Shown here piece after piece: positions 38,203-51,365 of a DNA stretch of 64,000 nt. The stretch comes from Carcharhinus amblyrhynchos (Eukaryota). The notes beneath the pieces are model-generated. The model did no database searches, was not told the DNA's origin, and saw nothing but the letters and a program-made list of their open reading frames with translations. The stretch covers positions 40,672,001 through 40,736,000 of the forward strand of contig OZ336890.1 in assembly GCA_965287045.1 (NCBI GenBank), written 5' to 3'. The stretch's first letter is position 1. Each line of letters begins with the position of its first letter. A program made the position numbers and the translations under genes.

Positions 38203-38486
38203 AAAGTTTATTTATTAGTGTTGCAAGTAGGCTTACATTAACACTGCAATGAAATTACTGTGGAAGTCCCCCAGTCGCCATGTCTGCTTGTTTGGTAACA
38301 CTGAGGGAGAATTTAGCAAAGCTAATGAATTAACCAGCGCATCTTTCAGACTGTGGTGGGAAACCAGAGCACCCGGAGGAAACCCAAGCAGATGCGGGGA
38401 GAATGTGCAGACTCCGCACACACAATGATCCGAGCTGCGAATCGCACCCGGGTTCCTGGAGCTATGAGGCAGCAGCGCTAACCGCT
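38203..38486 (-). mobile_element. V-SINE, alternative tail
   Basis: Match to the 16790/60072 type. Confidence 0.85.
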
Positions 38487-39849
38487 ATACGAATGCCTTT
38501 GGAAAGGAGGGGAAGGGGGAAGGAAAATAAACTGGCATGCAACAAAAACAATTAAGCCTGGAGTTGGCAAATGTAGTGTTTTAAAACACTATGTTCAGTA
38601 ATAAAAATCTGTGGCTGTTTTTGCATCTATTTTGACAGTGAGCCTTGCAATTTATGCAGCAGAATTGTGATCGAATTGAGCAACTGAGTGCGCCAAGTGG
38701 GAGAGATTGTCAAAACTGCAATATCAAAGCAGATTTGAATCAGCCTTTGTCAGCTACATATAAATGTTTCATTTGGGAGTAAGACCATTTGGCATCCGTG
38801 GAGTCTGCAAAATGCTGGGAGTGCTGACAGTCAGCAGGAATGGAAGAGTTGGCGACAGTTTCTCGTGTGGTAGAGTTAATTTGTGTTTGGGCAGAAATGA
38901 AACATTGATTGATAAAGGTTGTCCCTGAGGGCCACGTCCTATTTCAAAGTGAAATGTGGGTGCCACATTTCCCTCCTCGGATCACCTCTGGAATTCTGTC
39001 ACACCTCAGACTGAATATCCATTCTCTCGTGGCAATGGGTTTCCTATGCACTACCTGCTGGAAACTCAGAATTATCCCTTGTGTTACAACACCTGCTCTT
39101 GAACAATCTCAGCAAGTTTACGCCAAGGTATAAAATAACAAATAGCTTTTTAAGTCACGATCTCCACAGAGGAACAGAGCCTAGAACTTACTGACCATTC
39201 ACACCGGCAGGTCCTCTGGACTGCGCATCTCCGCCATGGGTTCCCCGGCGACAAAGGGGACATTAAACGGGAAACCCCATTGACTTGGAGGTCCTGCCAC
39301 CCCCAGACACAAGGCAGGTTGTGTGCGGGAAGTCCTGCCCTGTGTTGTTTTACATTGGTAAAATGAGCGCTCACTGTGCCTGAGTGCCAGACTAATTCAA
39401 CCACATGCTTCACTTCCAACTTGCTTTGTACAGGGAGCTCCCCCATTGCAATATCCCCACTGTTGGATTTCAGCACATCAATACTTGGTCAATGCGCACT
39501 CTCCAGAGATGGTCTTTCCAATATGCAGTGACTGAATAATGACAGGACATGATGCAGAGTGCATTATTTTTTATTGGGCAAAGCCACCCCACAGCTGATA
39601 TTTTCCATTCCTTTAGCTGGTACCTTGAGGATCGATTTTAACTGTACTCACCCAGCAGAAACCTAGCAGCTACCAATGAGCAGGTTACTTACCCGCTCAG
39701 ATTCCAACTAATTCCAATTGTCCATGATGTTAACCTGCAGGGATTTGCAGATGGCTGCAATTTTAACTGGGCCCCCGAGTGGGGAGACTACTGTCTCAAC
39801 AGAGGCGGGTTTGCTACTGGCCAGAAGGCCACAGAGACCTGGGTGGATT

Positions 39850-39955
39850 CGCAGCTCTGACAAAGGGTTATCTGGACTCAAAACGTTGTCTCTACTCTCT
39901 CCCCATAGATGCTGTCAGACCTGCTGAGGTTTTCCAACATTTTCTGTTTTTGTTA
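39850..39955 (+). mobile_element. Second Penelope-like family terminal fragment with decayed hammerhead core
   Basis: ctCTGACAAagggttatctggactcAAAAcgtt followed by atagatgctgtcagacctgctgaggttttccaacattttctg. Confidence 0.55.
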
Positions 39956-40467
39956 CCACAGAGCCCTGCCTGGTAAGCGTAAAACTTTCCTTCGCTGACT
40001 TAGAAGAAGCAAGAAGTGCCTCAAAAGGCATGGCCTCCGGTGCCCAAGCTTTCCCCCTCTCCCTTCCACACCAGGCCCTCCTGAACTCTTTACCCCACCA
40101 CTACCCTAGAGGCAGCTGATCCATTGGTCAGACACACCGTGGGCACTTGCTGCAAATGCAGAGAGAAAGGGCATTTTGAGGAAATGGTTTCCCACCAGGA
40201 GCTCGCTCCAAGTTACAGTCTGCCCGCCCTCTGTAATACAGGCAGCCATTTAAACCAGTGCAGGAAGGTATCACAAAAGACCAGCCAGGGAGCTGGAATC
40301 ACTGTTCCCTTCCCATCTGTACTTGAGTTACAGCAAGAGATGGCTTATAGCAAATGGAGGAATGTAGCAAAAATTACAGCATCTGTCAGAAAATGGGATA
40401 GAAGTTTACTCTTTTCCTATTATTTATGTTACATTAGGTCGCATTTGTTGCAAACGAATAGAGGCAC

Positions 40468-40811
40468 TTCTTTTTCATTCATGGGACATGGGTGTCGCTG
40501 GCTGGCCATCATTTATTGCCCATCATTCGTTGTCCTTACTGAGTGCATGCAAAGCAATTTCAGAAGGCAGTTGAGAGTCAACTATATTGCTGTGGCTCTG
40601 GGCTCACATATAGGCCAGACCATGTAAGGACTGCAGATTTCCTTCCCTAAAGGACATTAGTGAACCAGGTGGGTTTTATGACAACCTCATGGTCATCAAT
40701 AAATTTTTAATTCCAGATATTTTTATTGAATTCAAATTCCACCATCTGCCTCGGTGGGATTCGAATCTGAATCCCCAGAACAATAGCTGAGTTTATGGAT
40801 TAATGGCCTAG
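40468..40811 (-). mobile_element. tRNA-derived SINE, second family
   Basis: Reverse complement of the 21303 type. Confidence 0.8.
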
Positions 40812-40828
40812 CCTCCTTTGAGGAGAAT

Positions 40829-42447
40829 CCCCTCCCTGATGAGCTCAATGCATTCCACGTGCGTTTTGAGCAAGAGGTCAGTAAGAGCATGCCCTCCACC
40901 TTGGGAGCCCTGGGTGAACCTGTATCTGGGGTCACCATTGCAAATGTCAGGGCAGGTTTCTCGAAGGTCAGCCCACGAGAAGCGACTGGCCTGGATGGGG
41001 TACCCGGACATGCACTCAGATCCTGCACAGATCAGCTGGCGGGCGTATTTGCAGACAGCTCGAACCTCTCTTTACAATAATCTGAAGTCCCTATCTGCTT
41101 CAAGATGACGACCATCATCCTGGTACCTAAGAAAAACCAAGCAGCATGACTTAATGACTATCGTCCGTCATCCATCATTATGATGTGCTTTGGAAGGTTA
41201 GCCACGGCATGAATTAATTCCAACCTCCCGGACTACCTGGATCCACTACAGTTTGCCTACCACCACAACAGGCCCACAGTAGGCACCATTTCCCTGGCCC
41301 TGCACTCAACCCTGGAACACCTAGATAACAAGGACACCTGTATCAGACTCCTATTTATTGACTGCGGCTCAGCCTTCAACATTATTATTCCCACGAAACT
41401 CATCTCCAAACTCCATGACCTCCCTCTGCGATTGGATCCTGAACTTCCTAACTCACAGACCACAATCAGTAAGGATAGGCAACAACACCTCCTCCACGAT
41501 CATCCTCAACACCGGTGCCCCACAAGGCTGTGTTCTCAGCCCCCTACTATACTCCTTATACACCTGTGACTGTGTGGCCAAATTCTCCTCCAATACGATT
41601 TTCAAATTTGCTGATGACACCACCATAGTGGGTTGGATCGCAAACAGTGACGAAACAGGGTACAGAAATGAGATAGAGAATCAGTTGAACTGGTGCGGCA
41701 ACAATAATCTCTCCCTCAATGTCAACAAAATGAAGGAGATTGTCATCAACTTCAAGAAGCATAAAGGAGAACATGCCCCTGTCTACATCAATGGGTACAA
41801 AGTCGAAGGATTGAGAGTTTCACATTTTTAGGTGTTTAGATCACCCACAACTTGTCCTGGTCCCCCCGCACCGACGCTATAATTAAGAAAGCCAACCAGT
41901 GCCTCTATTTTCTCAGAACACTAAAGAAATTTGGCATGTCAGTTACGACTCCCACAAACTTTTACAGATGCACCATAGAAAGCATTCTTTCTGGTTGTAT
42001 CATAGCTTGGTATGGCTCCTACTCTGTCCAAGACTACAAGGAACTACAAAAGGTCATCAATGTAGCCCATCCATCATGCAAACCAGCCTCCCATCCATTG
42101 ACTCTGAATAAACTTCCCGCTGCCTTGGCAAAGGAGCCAGCATAATTAAGGACCCGACACAGCCCAGACATTCTCTCTTTCACCTTCTTCCATCTGGAAA
42201 AAGATAACAGAAGTCTGAGGACACATACCAACCGACTCAAGACAGCTTCTTCCCTGCTGCTGTCAGACTTTTGAATGGATCTACCTCACATTAAGTTGAT
42301 CTTTCTCTACATCCTAGCTATGACTGTAACACTACATTCTGCACTCTCTCATTTCCTTCTCTATGAATGGTATGCTTTGTCTGTTTAGCACGCGAGAAAC
42401 AATACTTTTCACTGTATGTTAATACATGTGGCAATAATAAATCAAAT
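40829..42447 (+). mobile_element. Rex1/Babar retrotransposon, decayed RT and 3' UTR
   Basis: Motifs [41 protein letters not shown] and KKANQCLYFLR spread over several frames. Confidence 0.92.
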
Positions 42448-42503
42448 GAAAGAATTACTTTCAACAGAAATTGCAAAAGTGCTGCCCACTGTATCAACTT
42501 ATC

Positions 42504-42672
42504 ATAGAATCCCTACAGTGCAGAAGGAGGCCATTTGGCCCATCGAATCTGCACTGATCACAATCTCACTCAGCCCCTATCTCCGTAGCCCCACGTATTT
42601 ACCCTGCTAATTCCCCTGACACTGAGTGGCAATTCAGCATGGCCAACCAACTTAACCCATACATCTATTGGA
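42504..42672 (-). mobile_element. HE1-type V-SINE 3' half
   Basis: catagaatccctacagtgcagaaggaggccatttggcccatcga tail. Confidence 0.8.
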
Positions 42673-43358
42673 CTTAGGTTCCCACCTTTTGGTCGTCTTA
42701 GTAAATAGGAGATGCTAATTGTTGTAACTGAGAATTTTCTCAAATGGTTTTCCCTCTTTTTAGCCAGAGGTGAAACCTGTTGAAAATATTGTATTACTGT
42801 CGGGCGGGCTGTAGTTATTTGTTCTGTAAATGTGGCAGTTGGTGATATTGGGAGTGCAGGAAATCCAGTATTGGTGCTGACTGCTAATGACGAAGCAATA
42901 ATACCCTATGGTCTGCTGCAATATCTGACTTGCATTTTATTCTACTAATTAAAGTGGTTGTTCCTGCTGAAAGAATCAGTATTAGGTATTTTCTTTTTAA
43001 TTTTACAGGACGGAATAAATTCCTTGTCTGTCAGATGTCATTGCGTTCTTGTCAGTGTGAAGGTTCACATGTTCCAGTCCAGCAAAGTGCCTCATGCAAT
43101 GTTCTCACATCCCCTTTCTAATTCCGCACTTCACATAGCTTTCTGGATAAGATCAGTTCGAAGAGTTAAATTGCAGCTGAATGTAAACACTCATGATTAC
43201 AGTGAAGGGTAACATCCTGTCAAAGATCAGGCAAGGGTGAGGGTTGGGTAAGAGGCGCATGGAGGGTTGGGGGGGGCGAGCAGGGGGAGGGTGTGGGTGG
43301 GGGAGGGGTGCGCTGGGGTTGCCTGACCTTTGCCTTTGTCTTGCCTCCTCACCTCTTT

Positions 43359-43692
43359 ATAGAATCCCTACAGTGTAGCAGAAGGCCCATCGAGTCTGCA
43401 TCGACTCTCTGACAGAGCCTCTAACCCAGGCTCTCCCACTGTCACCTCATAACACACATGCATTTACCCCACTAAGCCCCTTAACCTACACGGCTTGCGA
43501 TACTAAAGGACAATTTACCATGGCCTATCTTGCCATATGCCTAGCCTGCAAACCTTTGGGCTGTGGGAGGAAACTGGAGCACCTGTTAGAAATCCACGCA
43601 GAGGATGTACAACTCCACACAGTCACCCGAGGTCGGAATTGAACCCAGGTCCCTAGCGCTGTGAGATAGCACTGCTGACCACTGTACCACCC
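43359..43692 (-). mobile_element. HE1-type V-SINE
   Basis: Tail atagaatccctacagtg through head gcactgctgaccactgtaccac. Confidence 0.85.
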
Positions 43693-45064
43693 AGATTCAG
43701 CTCAGATTCGGCCTGCGGGTTGTGGAGAATCTCTGACGTGGTTCCAGTGCAGCAACCTGTCTATTTACAGGTCCAACTGAAAATTGCATCAGCTGTGCCT
43801 AACTGGGATACCCTCCCTTCTGATCTTGCTGCAATGGTTGCTCATTTTCCAAGCAAGAAGTGGAATGGCCAGCATTTGGAAACACTCCTCTCTGCGCCAA
43901 TATTTATTTAAGTTGCCAACAAGCTGCAATTTCCAGATGAACCGAAAGCTGTTTTCTTTCCTCCAGTGATAAGCCCCAACCATCATTTCAAAAGTTAATT
44001 CCAAGCTGTTATATTTTCATTTTTCTTTGTCTTTGAGCAATGCCAGTGCCTGTGCCGTGGATCGAGTTTAAGGTCACTGTGCACACTTAAGCTCTACTTC
44101 ACTGTGCTCTGCTGTTAATCCAGCCTGTTATTTAATGTTCTCCTTTGCGTTTGCACCAAAACATCACTGCTTCGTTTCTCAGCTGTTTGAGTCGAGGCAT
44201 AAAAACAAAATGAGGAAGGAACAGCTGGTACGCAGCTTGTGATGGGTCTTCGGCAATGCTGAAAAGTACACTTGAAAAGCACATTAATTTCAGCGTGTGC
44301 ATTCAAAATGAAGTTTGAATAGTGAAATATCATAGTTCAGGTTGCACGCTCTAAGGCACACACAAATCTTTATGTTTTTTTTCTTTCAATTAATGCAACA
44401 ATTTTGTGCATTTATGTGCGATATAGATAGAAGAATGTCCACAAGCACAAAAGTTAGTTTCCACCAATGGAGATGGGAGGGGGTCACCAGAAATTTGGTT
44501 GAAGAGATTGTTTGGACTCCAAGGTGGAGAAGCTTAAACAGGGAATTCCAAGCCCAAAGTGCCAGAATGGCCTAGATCAGGTAGGATAGGGGCGTTAAGG
44601 CAAATGGGACTCGAACTGGGTTAAGAGTTGTGCAGCAAAGTTTGCCATGAGTTGAGGTCCATGGGAAACGAAGGATGGGATGCCAGCATCAGGTTGCCGT
44701 GTCGGAGGTTTACAATGTCACGCGTGAGTGTTTCAGAGCAGAGGGACCAGAGTGTGGCAACTAGGGGATTTTCACAGAAACTTCACTGCAGTGTTAATGT
44801 AAGCTTACTTATGACACTAAGAAGTTAACTAATTTACCTGAAGAATACCTGGGGCTGCCTCTGAAATTTGGGATGGGGCCACCGAAAACCCTGGGTCCTG
44901 GAACACCACAGTAGTGGGTGGAGAAGCATCTAACAGGTGGATCTTCCAGCTTCAGTATCACCGAGGAGGTACATCTTCCAGCCACAGAGTGAACCTGGTG
45001 ATGTCCACATTTACCATCGATTCTGTCATCTTTTCCTAATATGAAGCAATTTGTTTCTTTGTAC

Positions 45065-45575
45065 CTTCAGCGTTGACTTAATTATAGCCTGGCTGATTGG
45101 TAACCCATTCACCATCTTAAACATTCACTCCCCCCACCACTGATGCACAGTTGCTGCATATACAAGATGCATGCTGTAATGTACCAAGGCTCATAGAATC
45201 CCTACAATGCAGAAAGAGGCCATTCAGCCCATCAAGCCTGTGCCGACACTAATCCCGCCCAGGTTCTTTCCCCATAATCGCAAATATTTACCCTGCTAAT
45301 TCCCTTGACAATAAGTGGCAATTTAGCATGGCCATTCCACCTAACTCACTCATCTTTGACTCCTTCAATAGCTTTTTTTAACCTGTGACCTCTACTACCA
45401 AGTAGAACAAGGACAAACAGACACATGGGAACATGCCCACTCGCATGTTCCTAATAGCACTGTGGGTGTAGCTACACCACACATGCTGCAACAGCTCAAG
45501 AAGGTGGATCACCATCACCTTCTAAGGGGATATGAGGATGGGAAATAAATGCTTGCCTAGCCAACGTGGTTCACC
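45065..45575 (+). mobile_element. CR1/L2-superclade LINE 3' end sharing its tail with the second SINE family; interrupted by an HE1 fragment (45192-45358)
   Basis: aacattcactccccccaccactgatgcacagt...caagaaggtggatcaccatcaccttct...ggatgggaaataaatgcttgcctagccaacg. Confidence 0.6.
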
Positions 45576-45824
45576 TCCCAGGGACAAACTGGGGGAAAGA
45601 CTAAAATAGTGAATATAAGGAGACCCTCCTGATAAGTCAAACCATTTTCTTTCTGGGGCATGGAACACAGGATTACTCCTCTTGGCTCCACAAAGAAGGT
45701 CAGTCTCCCCATCCAACATTTCATCCTCATCCCTAAGCCCTTTACCACAAGACAAGTTAGGTGGGAAGTGAATTGTTGACACTTAAATCACTGTGGCCCC
45801 CCCCCCACTGTTTGTAGTGGGCAG

Positions 45825-47780
45825 GTGAGGTTTAAATGTCAACAAAGATTGACAAAGAAGTTGATAAAGAAGGGTAGGAGAAACTATGAAGCTGGGCTAG
45901 CGCTTAATATAAAAAAGGATAGCAAGAGTTTTTATAAATATATAAAAAGGAAGAGGCTGGCTAGGGTGAATGTTGGTCCTTTAGAGGATGAGAAAGGGGA
46001 CCTAGTGGTAGGGGATGGGGATATGGCTCAGGTATTGAATAACTTCTTTGTTTCTGTCTTCACGGAGGAGGACGTGAATAATTTGCCGGGTGTTAGTGAT
46101 GGAAAGGTGGTAGGACTGGAGGGTCTTAATGACATTACTGTTACTAGAGAGGCGGTGCTCGACAGACTGGAGGGGCTGATTGTGGACAAGTCCCCAGGAC
46201 TGGATGGAATGCATCCGAGGGTTCTGAAAGAAATGGCGGAGGTGATAGTGGATGCCTTGGTGGTTATTTTCCAGACGTCGCTGGATTCCGGGGAAGTGCC
46301 GGAAGATTGGAAAACAGCTAATGTTACGCCGTTGTTTAAGAAGGGTGCCAGGCAAAAGGCGGGGAATTATAGGCCGGTTAGTTTAACGTCTGTGGTAGGT
46401 AAAATGTTAGAATCCGTCATTAAGGAGGAAATTGCGAGGCATCTTGAAGGCAATTGCTTGATAGAGCAGATGCAGCATGGTTTCATTAAAGGGAAGTTGT
46501 GTCTGACAAATTTACTGGAGTTCTATGAGGATGTGTCTGGGGCGGTGGATAGAGGAGAGCCGGTGGATGTGGTCTTTCTGGATTTTCAGAAGGCGTTTGA
46601 CAAAGTACCTCACAAGAGGTTATTGCAGAAGGTCGAGGGACATGGAATTGGGGGTAGGGTGTTAGCGTGGATAGAGGATTGGTTGTCAAATAGGAGGCAG
46701 AGAGTGGGGGTCAACGGGTGCTATTCGGATTGGCGGATGGTGACTAGTGGAGTGCCCCAGGGGTCGGTGCTGGGGCCTCAGCTTTTTACCATTTATATAG
46801 ATGATCTGGAGGAGGGAACCGAGTGTAGGGTGTCGAAATTTGCTGATGACACCAAGATTGGGGGAACGGCAAATTGTGCGGAGGGTGTGGAGAGTCTGCA
46901 GAAGGATCTAGATAGGCTGGGCGAATGGGCCAGGAAATGGCAAATGGAATTTAATGTTGGCAAGTGTGAGGTGGTCCACTTTGGTAGGAATAATGGTAGG
47001 AAGGACTATTACTTACGTGGCGAAAAACTGCAGCAGGCGACGGTGCAGAGGGACCTCGGGGTCCTTGTGCATGAGTCGCAAAAACCCAGCTTGCAGGTGC
47101 AGCAGGTGGTCAGGAAGGCGAATGGGATGCTGGCCTTCATAGCGAGGGGGATTGAATATAAAAGTAGGGAGGTCTTGCTGCAGCTGTATAGGGCATTGGT
47201 GAGGCCGCAGCTGGAGTACTGTGTGCAGTTTTGGGCGCCGCACCTGCGCAAAGATATTTTGGCCTTGGAGGGAGTGCAGAGGAGGTTTACTAGGCTGATA
47301 CCGGAGTTGAGGGGGTTGAGCTATGAGGAGAGGCTGAATAAACTAGGCTTGTACTCGTTGGAGTTTAGAAGAATGAGGGGAGATCTCATTTGAGACGTAT
47401 AAGATGATGAATGGGATGGATAGGATAGAGGTGGAGAGACCCTTCCCGCTCAAAAAAGACAGTAGGACTAGGGGGCACAGCCTCAAGATAAAGGGGGGGC
47501 GGTTTAGAATGGAGTTGAGGAGGAACTTCTTCACTCAAAGGGTGGTGAATCTCTGGAATTCTCTGCCCGTTGAAGTGGTGGAGGCTGCCTCGCTAAATAT
47601 TTTTAAGACACGGGTCGATGGGTTTTTGATAAGAGAGGGGATTAAGGGTTATGGGGAGAGGGCGGGAAGGTGGAACTGAGCCACGACAGATCAGCCATGA
47701 TCTTATTGAATGGTGGGGCAGGCTCGAGGGGCTAGATGGCCTACTCCTGCCCCTATTTCTTATGTTCTTATGTTCTTATG
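45825..47780 (+). mobile_element. Young 5'-truncated CR1 LINE, ORF2 reverse transcriptase region
   Basis: 522-aa open frame with KSPGLDG, NYRPVSLTS, QHGF, LDFQKAFDKVPH, GVPQGSVLGP and FADD. One extra T near 47390 shifts the last ~95 codons into ORF 47404..47679. Tail is (tcttatgt)n. Confidence 0.97.
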
Positions 47781-48927
47781 ACACTAGCAACGAGCATTAG
47801 CCCACCGTAACCCCACTCCACTTTATAATCCAGCCTTATATGTTGCCCAGTTAAATACATAATGTTCTTATAAGGAAGGAAACTACATTGCTTTGATTTG
47901 TACAATATATTTTAATAGCCAGGAAAGCCAAGCAAATTTTATTGCAATTACAGCTAGTTGAACTGGCTGGTTTTACTTCTAAATAAGTTTTTATTCATGC
48001 AAAATATTACTCTTTTAAATTTTGACTTGCATTCTTTTAGAATGCTGTTAGAATGACATGTGGGACTCAGTGATGTGTAACTTGGCTGCCATGAGATGGA
48101 AAGTGCTTCAGTACTCTTTGGAGATTGGAGTGAAACTTTTTCCATTTGATATAATACTGCATTTCATTTAAAATATTCATCAAAAGAATTTTATAGTATT
48201 TTAGATAACACACTGGGACACAGAACATGTTTTCAGCTTTGCTCAGTGGTAGCTTTATCGCATTCCACTCCAGCTCAAGATCTAGTCTGACGCTGCAGGG
48301 CAGCACTGAGGGCAGGTTATACTGTTGAAGTGCTGTCTTTCAGAGAGATGTTAAGCCAAGATGGGTCTGAAAGATCCCACAGCACAAGTTTGAGGAAGAG
48401 CAGGAAAGTTGTACCTGGTTTCCCAGCCAATATTTGTACCTTAGCCAGTGTCACTAAAGCTGATGATCTGGCTGTAGGGTTTTACAGCACAGAAAGAGTT
48501 CCTCCAGCCTATTGTATTTGCCTTGGTTACCAAGCACTTAAGTATCCTAACCACAGCCTTGTATACTATGACATTTCAAGTGCTCATCTAACTTTCTTTA
48601 ATGTGAGGGTTGCCACCTCTACCACCCTTTGGGTGAAAATGTTTTTCCTTAAATCCCCTTTTAATCTCCTGCCACTTATCTTTAATCTACACCCTCTGGT
48701 TACTGGCCCCTCTACAAAGGGGAAACATTTATTCCTATCTACGTCCTTCATAATTTTGTACACCACAGTCAGTATCCCCTCAGCCTTCTCTGCTCGAAGG
48801 AGAAAAACCCCAGCCTAGCCAACCTTTACTGCTACACTCCAACCCAGGTAACATCCTGGTGAATCTCCTCTGCATTTTCCTTGGTGCAATCACATCCTTC
48901 CTATAGTGTGGCAACCAGATCTGCACA

Positions 48928-49140
48928 CATAGAACATAGAACATTACAGTGCAGTACAGGCCTTTTGGCCCTCGATGTTGCGCCGACCAGTGGGACCAAT
49001 CTAATGACCCTCTAACCTAAACTATGCCAATATTATCCATCTGCCTATCTACTGACCATTTGAACGCCCTTACAGTTGGCGAGTCCACAACTGCTGCAGG
49101 CAGGGCATTCCACGCCCTTACTACCCTCTGAGTAAAGAAA
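48928..49140 (-). mobile_element. Younger CR1 3' tail nested in the older CR1
   Basis: catagaacatagaacattacagtgcagtacaggcc is the same tail family as 61086. Confidence 0.8.
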
Positions 49141-50068
49141 ACAACAGTACTCTAGCTGTGGCCTAACGAGCGTTCTATGTAGGTCCACCATGACCTCCCT
49201 GCTCTTATAGTCTATGCCTCGCCTAATAAAGGCAAATGTAGTGATGTGTCCCTTTGTGGGGGGGCATGGTATGGTGAGGGTGGGGTGACAGTTATCGGGG
49301 GTGGGGGGGGTTGGGGGGGGCGGGGGGCGCATGACCCATCAGGCCAACTGCAGGAGAAGCAATTGTTTGACAATTGGAATTAATGGTTGGAGTTGACAGT
49401 TGGTGTCCAGGAGTTGTTGAGTTTATGAGCTTTCTTAATGCTGTTCTATGTGTATAGTTGTTTTTTCCCATATAAATTTCCTCCTCATTTATCTGCCTTG
49501 CTGTTCATCGATTGCTCGCAGCTATTACATTTGGCAATAAAGGAAAGCGGAACATTTTTCTATTGTAAGTCCTTGAATCATAACCCTTTTCAGAAACACG
49601 ACTACAACTTGTGAGTGTCAAATTGCCTTTAATTGGGAAGTTGGAACCATTTGACCTGAGACAGAGCTGTGAGTCCAATATGTGGAGCGTCTCTGATTTT
49701 ATTTTAAGCCCAATGAATGTTTGTGAAGTAAGAAAAGCAGAAGGTAACCCTTCTCACAGCCTGCAGGCTCAGACTATCATCAGATTTAAAGCCTTGTAAC
49801 AGGAGGGGGCACATTAGGCTTAAATACAGAGTCAACCAAAGTCTACCAAGGGTCAACAAAAAAAAGAAAATGACTCTTGTATGTCCAGCACGAATCAGAT
49901 TGCAATCTTCTCACACTTAGTGCACTGAAAGAACAGCCACATGAAACACGCCGATATGGATTCCCCAGGCATGTGACTCAGCCAAACTGGCTCGCAGCTG
50001 TACACTGTTAACAAGGGGGAGCTGCACTTCAACATCCCTCTGCACTCACTGCCAACCACGCCAGGAGA

Positions 50069-50620
50069 ATGACAATGCAGAGATCAGCTCCATGCTTCAT
50101 GGAGGTGTTACTGAGAAGGCTTCTGGATGCAGTGGAGGAAAGATGTGGTACCCAGGTCAACACTGCAAGGCTGGGGACTGCGGTGGAAAGACTGGGACAG
50201 GATTTTGTAGCCATTGGATGGCAGGGTCCAAGATATAGCCGAGTCTCTGAGGACAATGGCTCTGGGCCTTGGAAGCATGCTGCAGACACAGCGGGTAATT
50301 GTGGAATGGCTCCAGAGCTTGGTCCAGATGCCGAGGTCCATTGCTGAGGGCTCACACACTATGGTGCAGACAATATTGAGCCTCTAGGACTGGCAATGCC
50401 AGGTGACACAGAGGCTCCTGGAGCTCACTCCATGTGCGTCTCCATCGAATAGGGTGTCTTACGGATCTCAGGAGGAAATGCTACTGGCTATCACAGGACC
50501 TTCCACACTGGAGACGTCAGCAATCCCCAGCCCTTCTAAATTCCCCCCTTCCAGCAATTTTCGCAGATTAGCACAATCTGCAACCCAGCTGGAAAACTGC
50601 AGCCCATGTCTCCACCAAGG
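50069..50620 (+). pseudogene. Harbinger Myb/SANT-like fragment inside the Gypsy remnant
   Basis: RSAPCFMEVLLRRLLDAVEER resembles the APRF...LLDAVEER start of Harbinger Myb-like proteins and the remnant at 5770. Confidence 0.5.
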
Positions 50621-51238
50621 TTGAGAGAACTATTCAGATAAACAATACGTAAGAAGTTTCAGTAATGGTCTGAATTGGGTCACTGGGATGATCGTGGCCA
50701 AGATGGGTCCTGTCTACATAGTTGACATACAAGAGAATGAAGAAGCATGTGGACCAATGGAGCAGAAGAGAACCACACACAGTACCAATTGAACAGTCTG
50801 TCCCTGCTATGCCTGTGAGTGTGGCTCCAGCAATTGTAAATGGAATCAAATCCAATAACTCTGAGGTGGAGCTGAGTAACATTCCAGTGGGAATTGGAGA
50901 GGTTACCACCATTAGAGCACAGGTACAAACTGGAAGCCCTCCTGCTTTCGTTTCAGATGAAACTACATTGACTGATGAAGCAGCTGTTGAAGAGTTGCAA
51001 TGCTGTCAACAGATTAGAAAATCTCCAGATAGATTGGGTTAAGTTTATTCCCCCTTTTGCTGTTAATATTGTAAATAGTTTTGTTATTGTAAAATATTAA
51101 TTGAGAAATTGAAGGCAGAGGGATATGGTGATGTGTCCCTTTGTGGGACAGGGAGTGGGGGGGGGGAGGATTATCGGGGGTCACATAACCCATGGGCCCA
51201 CTCTGAGGCGATTGATTGACAGTTGGAATTGACAGTTG

Positions 51239-51365
51239 GAGCAGGATTTTTTGGCCAAGCTCACCCCAAGGCCAGAAAATTCCACCCAATGTTAATGGAC
51301 ATTTGCATGGTCCATGTCCCGCCCACTATGATTCACGTGGTGGGTGAGACAGTAAAATTTAACCC
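51239..51365. mobile_element. MITE inserted in the 3' LTR, 3-bp TSD TTG
   Basis: Absent from the 5' LTR (gacagttg|gtgtcc); TIR-like ends gagcaggatttt / aaaatttaaccc; TTG on both sides. Confidence 0.75.

Noticed and set aside
42750-43130. Strong acceptor-like tracts near 42763 and 43008
   Set aside because: No convincing donor or recognisable open peptide follows.
45825-47393. 522-aa ORF as a host gene or retron-like RT system
   Set aside because: Canonical CR1 ORF2 motifs, 5' truncation and a CR1 microsatellite tail identify it as a LINE copy.
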